Positions 37,372 to 44,671 of a DNA stretch of 64,000 nt are shown here, piece after piece. The translations under genes were made by a program, and so were the position numbers. The notes below the pieces were generated by a model. The model was not told the DNA's origin, made no database searches, and saw nothing but the letters and a program-made list of their open reading frames with translations. Source of the stretch: Candidatus Methanoxibalbensis ujae. GTDB taxonomy: Archaea > Halobacteriota > Syntropharchaeia > Alkanophagales > Methanospirareceae. Location of the stretch: the NCBI GenBank assembly GCA_026134085.1, contig JAOQIN010000001.1, positions 21,344 to 85,343 on the forward strand, given 5' to 3'. Each line of letters opens with the position of its first letter. The stretch's first letter is position 1.

Positions 37372-38230
37372 CGGCTCTCAGCAGCACTGCAGTGATTGTG
37401 CAAAGCGGAGTTTCAGGATCGCCTCCCACATCACTTTCTACCGCGGACATCTCACACTATCTGCTGCTTATTACAACCTCCTCCTGTTCCGATCAGAAGG
37501 ACGGCCCCCATCAACCCCTCTCAGTCGGGAACCTTCAAACCCTCTCCATTTAAAACTTACCACGTAAACCACGTAACGCCTCCTCACAAAGACATGAATC
37601 GCACCAGCCCCTTCTCCACCTTCACACAATCTTCCCCGCACCTAAGCGATGCAGACTTTATACAATGTTTATCAGGTCTTGCACATCTTTAAGAAACAAG
37701 CCAGCTCAGGATCCTGTCTCTCTGAAGCTGCAAATAGGTGACATTTTCCGCCATTGCACAATGGCAACAGCAATTCGAGCTATCACAGGCTTTTTTACTT
37801 TCAAACTTAAGATTGTGAATTGATCCATGTTTGCTATCCCCGCCATGTGAACTCCGCCTCCTTCACCTCTGAGTTGAAGAGCTTTCTGAAAGGGCGACAT
37901 CGCCGAGAGATTCCGCATACGGGGCATACGGAGCAGGGTGGAGCGAACTGCGTGAAGAGGTGAAAGCAAGCTTCCTCTTTCGTTTCAGAGTCAAGACTTG
38001 TCTTTCAGTAATGAACAGCTGATTTGCCAACTTTTAAGAGTAAAGCGATTCTTCCGAGATGAGAGGAGATACATTGCCGCAACTTATGGACACTTTTTTC
38101 CTCTCAATGCATTCAGTAACTCAAGCAATCCATTTCGCCATAGATAGTTGTTCAATTATTTATGTTGCTTGATGCTCGGACACATCGGATATGCCAGAGT
38201 ATATTTATATGAGAAGGAAAATTAAAGAGA

Positions 38231-38581
38231 TTGGAGGGTCAGCGGGCAATGTATGCGTTGACGGGAGATGTGCTTTTTGCGTCATTCCGTAGAGGTCTCA
38301 GGAACGGAAATTGGAAGAAGCTGAAAGCGAGTGAGAGGGCTTTTTTCAAGGCAGCGCTTTTCTATCTGAGGCGAGGCGGAAGGATTGTGAGCGTGTCTGT
38401 TTTGGAGAAGCTCCGTTTGCTCATAGAGGAATTGAATGAGACTAGAAGAATGAGGATATTTAGAAAGGGATTCGAGAAAGCGATTGAAATTTTGAACGCG
38501 TGCGAAAATTTTGCATGGTATCCTTATTTAAAGAAATGGCTAAAAGAACCTGATTATATATTCTGGCTCGGAACAATATAG
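38231..38581 (+). CDS. Hypothetical small basic protein
   Basis: It is 116 aa with no recognisable motif. It lies at the left edge of the island. Confidence 0.3.
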   Translation: MEGQRAMYALTGDVLFASFRRGLRNGNWKKLKASERAFFKAALFYLRRGGRIVSVSVLEKLRLLIEELNETRRMRIFRKGFEKAIEILNACENFAWYPYLKKWLKEPDYIFWLGTI

Positions 38582-38739
38582 AAAATTATACTCACGTGCC
38601 AAAAATCTGAGTAAGAGAGTCCGCTTGATGGGAGGTGAGAAGCATACAAAATGAGTACGCAATGCAGATATTGGGAGGATATACGCAATGCGTATATGAA
38701 CGAGTTATCTGCCATTCCACTCAATGGAGTTGTTAGCCT

Positions 38740-40068
38740 ATGGAACAAATTTTCATAGCTTGGGGACGTAATAAAAACTTGGCCATTAAAGTGGCAGAGA
38801 AATTGAAAGAAAAGGGGTATAATCCCATTGTAGGTGGTGATGAAAAGAACCCGAAGGAGAAAGATTATTACTTAGGCAAAGAAGTTCTTAACCAAATTAA
38901 AAAGGCATCTAAGGCTATTATTCTTGCTCAACAATTAAGACCTAACCTAATGTTCGAATTTGGAATATTATTTGAAAGACTAAACCCTGCATCAATCTTT
39001 ATTTTTTTAATTGGAATTAAAAGAAGTAAATTTTTTACAGAAGCTTCAGACCTCGCTGGCATTAGATGTTTTGAAGTCCCTACTGATAAAAAAGATATAG
39101 AGGAAAGAGCAAACTTTATTGTTGAGAAATTTGTTGAAAATTTAGTTCCTACAATTATTGATCCCGAAAGTTTATTTATCAAGTGGGATGACTGGAAAAA
39201 TAAATTTAATTCTATTAAAAAAGGTGAAGTAAAAGAAAGTCAAGTAGTTTTGAATCAAGTAATTTTACACAGTCTTCAACCAGCCTACTATTTTGGCGAA
39301 ATAAATTTTTTAAAAGATTTTGTGTCTAAATTAGAATTGGATTCATCTTTAAAAACAATCATACAATCAGCATGTGAATATTATATGCTAACTGAATTAC
39401 CAGATTCAAGGCCTGAATTGGGCGAATTGCTCCCGTTAAAAGAGAGTTTGAACAATCCTATATCTATCAAATCGACAATTAAAAACTGGGTAGAACTTGT
39501 AAGAAATGACTTCCTTGGTTTGGTTTATCGTAGAATGTCAGAATCTTTGAAAGAGCAAAAAATAAATTATCTCGAAAAATCTAAGAAAGCTTTTGAGAAT
39601 TCAATAAGATATCTTGAAAAAATCCCAGAAAAGAGAGCATGTTGGCATTTATGGAAAGGATATATTTATAGAAACCTTGGAAGAACATATTGTGAACTCA
39701 ACAATCGTGAGAAAGGTCTGGAATTTCTTAAGGAATCCCAAAAACATAGAAGAGAAGCTTATTCAGCGTTTAAAGCATTAAATGTTTCAGACATTGTCTT
39801 AAATCAGATATTTTTGGAGATCAAAATAGTGGATTTAGATATTATGAGATATAGCACTGAAGAATTAGAATCGAAAAAGCAAAAATTGACAGAAATTATA
39901 GAAGCATTAAAAGTCCAGGGAAAACTCATAGTGAGACCTCTAATTTTATGGAATAAAGTAATAGTTTTGGCTAAAGATGTGGCTGAGAGAGAAGCTAACT
40001 TGCAAGGTATATATAGAGACTTAGAGCAAATTGAAAATCACATAAGAAAGTTGAAAGGAGGCTCTTGA
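38740..40068 (+). CDS. Protein with N-terminal TIR/DUF4062-like flavodoxin-fold domain and C-terminal alpha-helical (TPR-like) domain
   Basis: The N-terminus has the pattern IFIAWG...LA..VAEKLKEKGY.....GG......VL..IKKASKAIILAQ...NLMFEFGILFERL. That is a beta-strand/helix alternation like TIR-family domains (VFISY...IVVLS..SxWCxxEL). The rest is helical with W/Y-rich repeats. It is my assignment from pattern only. Confidence 0.35.
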   Translation: MEQIFIAWGRNKNLAIKVAEKLKEKGYNPIVGGDEKNPKEKDYYLGKEVLNQIKKASKAIILAQQLRPNLMFEFGILFERLNPASIFIFLIGIKRSKFFTEASDLAGIRCFEVPTDKKDIEERANFIVEKFVENLVPTIIDPESLFIKWDDWKNKFNSIKKGEVKESQVVLNQVILHSLQPAYYFGEINFLKDFVSKLELDSSLKTIIQSACEYYMLTELPDSRPELGELLPLKESLNNPISIKSTIKNWVELVRNDFLGLVYRRMSESLKEQKINYLEKSKKAFENSIRYLEKIPEKRACWHLWKGYIYRNLGRTYCELNNREKGLEFLKESQKHRREAYSAFKALNVSDIVLNQIFLEIKIVDLDIMRYSTEELESKKQKLTEIIEALKVQGKLIVRPLILWNKVIVLAKDVAEREANLQGIYRDLEQIENHIRKLKGGS

Positions 40069-40727
40069 TGCCAAAAGTTAAAAGAATTAATTTTAACAAA
40101 CAGAATATCAAAGCTATAGCTTTGGACTTTGATGGAGTAATTGTTGACTCACAGGATTTACACCTCAAAGCTTGGATAGAGACTTTGAAAAAATACCGTA
40201 ATAATTTTAAAGTAAGTTTAAGAGACATTACTGGACTATCAGTGTCAGAATTTATTCAAAGACTGAATATTCCACCAGAAGAGGGAGTAAAAATGGCGGA
40301 ATCGAAAAGAAAATATGTTGTTCAACTTGCCAGAATACATCCTCCACCGTTGTATACAAATGTTATCGAAACTTTACAAATCCTATCTAACTATTATAAA
40401 CTTGCGCTTGTAACCTCATGTGAAACAGACTTAGTCTATTTTGTGTTGGAGTACTATAATTTGAAAAAATTGTTTGAGGTTCTCATCCTTGAGGGTGATT
40501 ATAATAAGCCCAAACCAGATCCGGAACCTTACTTAGAGTGTCTGAAAAGACTGGGACTAGATGCAAAATCTGTGATTGCTATAGAGGACTCTCCAACTGG
40601 AATAAAGTCAGCCAAAAAGGCAGGTCTATTTACAATAGCTATCTCTACTACATTTAATAAAACTCAGCTATTTGAGGCTGATATTATTATAACTAATTTT
40701 AAAGAGTTATTATGTTTAATCCCATAA
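40065..40727 (+). CDS. HAD-superfamily phosphatase (beta-PGM/CbbY-like subfamily IA)
   Basis: It has DFDGVIVDS (motif I, DxD), a T/S in motif II, and K...EDSPTGIKSAKKAG (motifs III/IV). Its start overlaps the upstream gene stop (ATGA). Confidence 0.7.
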   Translation: MMPKVKRINFNKQNIKAIALDFDGVIVDSQDLHLKAWIETLKKYRNNFKVSLRDITGLSVSEFIQRLNIPPEEGVKMAESKRKYVVQLARIHPPPLYTNVIETLQILSNYYKLALVTSCETDLVYFVLEYYNLKKLFEVLILEGDYNKPKPDPEPYLECLKRLGLDAKSVIAIEDSPTGIKSAKKAGLFTIAISTTFNKTQLFEADIIITNFKELLCLIP

Positions 40728-40860
40728 GGCATGGAACATCCCATAAGGCATGGAACGGCAGATAACAGCGGGTATGTGGTTCGCTTACGCTCACCCAAAC
40801 CCTTACTGGCTTCGCATACCCGCAAAACGTTAGGCGAAATGCCTTGATGGGGAGAATCTA
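40728..40860. repeat. Island repeat element copy A (contains internal direct repeat atcccataaggcatggaac x2; ends ...ctggcttcgcatacccgcaaaacGTTAGGCgaaatgcc)
   Basis: It is homologous to copies B-D and ends in a GTTRRRY-type motif about 26 nt before the next ATG. Confidence 0.55.
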
Positions 40861-41490
40861 ATGAAATCTTTTGTAGTTGAGCTGTGGTCGGGGATATTCA
40901 GCATACTGAGATGGATATCGCCTTTTCAGGTGATCCGTACTTTGATTCCAGCCATCAGAGGAAGTCATGGCTTTGTTGATGGATGGGTTTTAGGAAATTT
41001 ACTACTTTCAATTGTACTATTATTGATGTGTTCAGCTCCGAGTCTACATTGGTGGGAGGTTATCGCTATTTGTTATGGGATAATTCGAGTTTTCGAAGTC
41101 TTTATCTACCAAATTAACGTGCTGTTATTTGATGAGTATAGGGCAAGAAAGGCAGGAAAAGCTTATGCTCTACGAGGCTTTCGCCGCCTTGTGATCCTTC
41201 TGCTACATAATTATGCCGAGATTATTTTTTGGTTTGCTCTTTTTTATCGTAACTTAGACTGGGCGTTTGAGACGGGCAAAATCAACCTCAATTCATTTTC
41301 TGTATCTTTAAACTTTAGTTTTGTTACAATGACTACTTTTGGCTATTCTACTATCTTTCCCAAGGAAACTTTAGGGTACATTCTCACTCTTACTCAGTCA
41401 ATAATTGGTTTATTCATGGCGTTGTTGATTCTCGCAAGATTTATATCTTTAATCCCTGCCCCTCAAACCATGGATGAATTTGAGAAATGA
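40861..41490 (+). CDS. Two-TM ion-channel-like protein (K+ channel pore-like TTFGYS filter)
   Basis: The hydrophobic helices flank a pore-helix/filter-like segment VTMTTFGYSTIFP (compare T-[TV]-GYG). Confidence 0.45.
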   Translation: MKSFVVELWSGIFSILRWISPFQVIRTLIPAIRGSHGFVDGWVLGNLLLSIVLLLMCSAPSLHWWEVIAICYGIIRVFEVFIYQINVLLFDEYRARKAGKAYALRGFRRLVILLLHNYAEIIFWFALFYRNLDWAFETGKINLNSFSVSLNFSFVTMTTFGYSTIFPKETLGYILTLTQSIIGLFMALLILARFISLIPAPQTMDEFEK

Positions 41491-41606
41491 TTATTATTTC
41501 GTCTAACAGTATCTGGCTTCGGTGCTTCGCACCTCCGCCCAAATTCCTCGCTCGGAACTTCGGATATGCCCAGAACGTTAAGTGAAATTCGGCTCATGCG
41601 TTAAGA
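41491..41606. repeat. Island repeat element copy B (starts cgTCTAACag...; ...ctggcttcggtgcttcgc...ccgcccaaattcc...aacttcggatatgcccagaacGTTAAGTgaaattcgg)
   Basis: It is homologous to A, C and D. It has a 5' RYYYAAC-like motif and a 3' GTTRRRY-like motif. Confidence 0.55.
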
Positions 41607-41646
41607 ATAAAATATAACTATAATAATAATTAAATAATGATATAGT

Positions 41647-41871
41647 ATGCTCGTAACATTTGAGATATACAATGATGGTGAATACTGGTGTGCAAGAGGT
41701 ATAGGAGTGGATATATTCACACAAGGAAAAACACTTGATGAGTTGATGGAGAATATAAAAGAGGCTGTTGAAGTACATTATGGAGAATTATTGGAAAAAG
41801 GTGAAGATATAAGGATATTATCAATATCAGAAATAGAGGTGCATTCAACTGCCAAAGTTACCAGTCGTTAG
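41647..41871 (+). CDS. hicB: HicB-like antitoxin (UPF0150 family N-terminal domain)
   Basis: The segment FEIYNDGEYWCARGIGVDIFTQGKTLDELMENIKEAVEVHY matches the HicB/UPF0150 pattern (Y.a..pdlpG..s.G.T.eEa..n..EAi). Confidence 0.5.
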   Translation: MLVTFEIYNDGEYWCARGIGVDIFTQGKTLDELMENIKEAVEVHYGELLEKGEDIRILSISEIEVHSTAKVTSR

Positions 41872-41893
41872 TGGGGATAAACTAATCAAACTA

Positions 41894-42097
41894 TTGACCA
41901 GATTGGGATACGAAATAGTAAGACAGAAAGGGAGCCACGTGCGTTTAAGAAAGAAAACAGAAATAGGTGAGCATAATATAACTGTGCCCAAACACAAAGA
42001 AATTGCAAAAGGTACACTAAATGATATTCTATCAAAGGTGTCTCTATGGAACAACATATCCAAAGAGGAATTAGTCAAAATGTTATCAAAAATATGA
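41894..42097 (+). CDS. hicA: HicA-like mRNA interferase toxin (YcfA family)
   Basis: It has GSHVRLRK...HNITVPKHKEIAKGTLNDIL (the HicA GSH..L and TVP.H.EI..GTL motifs). The frame is open upstream (LPKLPVVSGDKLIKLL), so the true start may be a non-ATG codon near 41850 that overlaps the hicB end. Confidence 0.55.
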   Translation: MTRLGYEIVRQKGSHVRLRKKTEIGEHNITVPKHKEIAKGTLNDILSKVSLWNNISKEELVKMLSKI

Positions 42098-42099
42098 GA

Positions 42100-42270
42100 G
42101 GTGGATATATGACGCATGAGCTCTCGTAACCCTTCGGTTTCACCCCTCTCGGGGCCACTTAACAGGAGGATATGTGGCTTTTACAGAGCCTAAATTTGCT
42201 CTTGCAAGCAAACTTCACATATCCCCGGTTGTCCGAAATCCCGAACGCCGCTCTTAAGAGGTGAAATAAC
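42100..42270. repeat. Island repeat element copy C (contains aacaggaggatatgtggctt and ccaaatttgc...caaacttcacatatc)
   Basis: It is about 90 nt and homologous to copy D. Confidence 0.55.
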
Positions 42271-42501
42271 ATGAATGATAAAATTGCACCAAATATAATA
42301 GATAATAGCCCAAATAGAGAGTTAATCAGAGTATTGAAAGATCAATTAAAAAAATCAAAAGAGGCTAAATTTGCCATAGGATATTTCTTCCTGAGTGGAT
42401 TTTCTCTTGTTAAAGATGACTTTCCAGAAAATTATGAAAAGATACCATTTCTTAAAATTGTGATGGGAAATGAAACTACATATCCAACAAAAGAGGGGTG
42501 A
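42271..42501 (+). pseudogene. Fragment resembling the N-terminus of PLD-like/helicase-associated proteins
   Basis: It is 76 aa and ends abruptly. The motif AKFAIGYFFLSGFSLV resembles the I.I.sgYf..SG PLD-like N-terminal motif. Tentative. Confidence 0.25.
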
Positions 42502-43208
42502 GATGCTTGATTTTAAGGAAATAGAATCTGATTTGTTTACTGAGGTGGAGGAAGTTGAGAAGTTTATCTTTAACAATATTTCCCTGCGAGCATGGATTGA
42601 GGAAGGAAGGATTGAAAGACAGGAGAGATGGGAATATCCACCAAAGGCATTGAGAGAGGCTATAGTAAATGCAATTGTCCACAGGGATTATCGTATTCCC
42701 TCTAAGATACAGATAAGAATATTTGATGATAGAATCGAATTATAGAATCGAATTCTGGAATCTAGGAAGATTACCAGAAGGTTGGACTGTTGAAACCTTA
42801 AAAGAAGAGCATACATCGGAACCATTTAATCCACTGATTGCGAGAATTTTCTTCGGGGTAGGATATGTGGAAGAGGTTGGAACTGGAACGAATAAAATGA
42901 TAAGGTGGTGTAAAGAATGGGGTCTTCCAGAACCTGAATTTAAAATAAAATCAAACAACATAGTGGTTATATTTAGAAAATCAAAACTTACTGAGGAATA
43001 TCTAAACAATCTTGATCTTACAGAAAGAGAAAAGGAAATAATTCAATTTCTCAAAGAGAAAAAGAGGATCACCAGTGCTGATGTCCAGAAAAAGTATGAA
43101 GTAAGTAGAGATACAGCAAATAGATGGTTGAATAAGCTGCTTGGATTAAACCTAATAGAAAGAAAAGGGAGAGGGAAAGCAGTGTATTACATTTTAAAGG
43201 AAAAATGA
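42470..43208 (+). pseudogene. AlbA_2/HATPase_c_4-family regulator (RecG-C-terminal-like ATP-binding protein) disrupted by a 13-bp tandem duplication frameshift; N-terminally truncated
   Basis: Two overlapping ORFs (42470..42745 and 42723..43208) carry PPKALREAIVNAIVHRDY and ...IEFWNLGRLPEGWTVETLKEEHTSEPFNPLIARIFF...GTGTNKM...GLPEPEF. The DNA at about 42730-42755 reads atagaatcgaatt-atagaatcgaatt. Removing one copy restores the single frame RIEFWNLG. Confidence 0.55.
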
Positions 43209-43438
43209 TGCGTCAGATTTGCGTCAGATAACTACGACCGCTGGGCTGAGCTTTACTGGAAGAAGCAAATTGAAGGAAATTTAACAGAAGGAGAGCAAAA
43301 GGAACTTGAAAAACTGGAAAAAGAGAATATGAAAACCATAGAAGAAGTTTATAAATTACTCATAGAAGATAAAAAAATACAAAAACAAATAGAAAAAATA
43401 AAATCCCATGAATGGGTTAAAGTAATAGAGGGGGAAGG

Positions 43439-43759
43439 ATGAACGAAAAGGTAAAGAGGATATTAACAGAGGTCAAAAAGTATTTGATTAAGAACTATGG
43501 AGACAGGATAAGGCAGGTTATCCTTTATGGCTCTTATGCACGGGGAGATTACAATAAAGATTCCGATATTGATATATTGATTGTGGTGAGCGATGATATA
43601 AACCCTATTGAGGTTGAAGAATCCTTAAACGATTTACTTTTTGAAATCCTTCTTAATGAAAATGAACTTTGCTCAGTCAGGGCGATACCAGAAAAATTGT
43701 TTAAGGAATACAATTCTCCATTCCTTTTGAATGTAAAAGAAGAAGGTGTGATGATATGA
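43439..43759 (+). CDS. Minimal nucleotidyltransferase (MNT) antitoxin
   Basis: It has the GSYARGDYNKDSDIDILIV NTase motif and is 106 aa. Its stop overlaps the next ATG (ATGA). Confidence 0.7.
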   Translation: MNEKVKRILTEVKKYLIKNYGDRIRQVILYGSYARGDYNKDSDIDILIVVSDDINPIEVEESLNDLLFEILLNENELCSVRAIPEKLFKEYNSPFLLNVKEEGVMI

Positions 43760-44137
43760 AAAAAGAAATAAAAGACCTTCTTGAGAAAGCTGATAGATAC
43801 TTAAGAAGTGCAGAACTATTATTAAAAGATGGCGACTTCGATTCCTGTGCATCAAGATGTTACTATGCCATGTTTTACTCAGCAGAAGCTATATTGCTTA
43901 CAAACGATTTGAAGGCATCTTCTCATGAGTAATAAGTTTATTCGGCATTTTATCAAAACAGGGAAATTGGATAAAGAATTGGGGAAGGCATTGAGAAGAG
44001 CATATGACTTAAGACAGAGGGGAGATTATGAAACCGGTTTTATGGTAACAGAGGAAGAGGCGAGAAAACTCCTGGAAATAGCAAAGAACTTTGTAAAAGT
44101 AGTCTTAGATTATTTGAGTGAGCGAACTGACTCATAG
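43756..44137 (+). pseudogene. HEPN toxin gene split by a +1 frameshift (cognate of the MNT)
   Basis: The N-terminal half 43756..43932 reads MKKEIKDLLEKADRYLRSAELLLKDGDFDSCASRCYYAMFYSAEAILLTNDLKASSHE*. The C-terminal half 43925..44137 in another frame reads ...FIKTGKLDKELGKALRRAYDLRQRGDYE. Together they reconstruct a canonical HEPN with its R-x4-6-Y motif. Confidence 0.55.
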
Positions 44138-44139
44138 TA

Positions 44140-44310
44140 ATAGAGTAGAGGGAGGAATATGAGCGGGGTTCGGGACTCTCCGCTTCCTTCGCTCGCTTCG
44201 GTGCTTTTGCACTCGGACAACAGGAGGATATGTGGCTTCGCCTTGCTCTGCCCAAATTTGCCTACGGCAAACTTCACATATCAAACGTTAGGCGACATGC
44301 AGAAATAGAA
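44140..44310. repeat. Island repeat element copy D (aacaggaggatatgtggcttcgcc...cccaaatttgcc...caaacttcacatatcaaacGTTAGGCgacatgc)
   Basis: It is homologous to A, B and C and ends in GTTAGGC. Confidence 0.55.
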
Positions 44311-44349
44311 AAGTAATTCAAAAAAAGAAATTAAAAAGTATACGATAAC

Positions 44350-44480
44350 AGATAAAAAATTGTACTTTATGGCACATATGCGAGAGGAGATGCCACAAAA
44401 GACTCAGACATAGATTTACTCATCGTTCCTGAAGGAGAAGTGATCTCAGGAGAAGAGACTGACACCGGGAGAAGAGATTG
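44350..44480 (+). pseudogene. Degenerate nucleotidyltransferase (MNT) remnant
   Basis: One frame reads ...IVLYGTYARGDATKDSDIDLLIVPEGEV... with no proper start and a stop. It is the remnant of a further cassette. Confidence 0.4.
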
Positions 44481-44671
44481 ACATGATGATGGACATAGTC
44501 ACAGAGATGAACCTATATGGTGTGTTACTGTTTATCCGAATCCAGCAAAGGAGAAAAGGATGTTATGAAATTGTTATGAAATATTGCAGTATAGCTCAAT
44601 AAATTCCCGAACGGATGCCTGAAGCAGGATTATTTGCACGGGCACTTTGCCTTTTGGGAAAGGAAATATGT

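Larger units (their letters stand above)
38582..44600. mobile_element. AT-rich cassette island with repeated intergenic elements (integron-like / CALIN-type array or other mobile/defence island); no integrase in window
   Basis: There is a marked drop in GC relative to the flanking regions. It holds short modules of TA/defence-type genes, four homologous intergenic elements, several pseudogenes and uniform + strand orientation. It is flanked by core genes (the MgtE-like gene and cobN). Confidence 0.45.

Noticed and set aside
37706-37969. 87-aa ORF on the minus strand in the 860-bp gap
   Set aside because: It has no motifs and overlaps other equally plausible short ORFs. It is treated as non-coding pending evidence.
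42161-42260. Mini-ORFs starting at the conserved aggaggatATGtggctt inside repeat elements C and D
   Set aside because: The nucleotide sequence is conserved between copies, but the encoded peptides diverge by frameshift (MWLLQSLNLL... vs MWLRLALPKF...). The conservation is therefore at the DNA/RNA level.
38582-44600. Complete integron with integrase, or integrated provirus
   Set aside because: No tyrosine/serine recombinase, capsid, terminase or replication genes are present in or next to the island within this window. Only cassette-like cargo and repeats are visible, hence the CALIN/defence-island wording.
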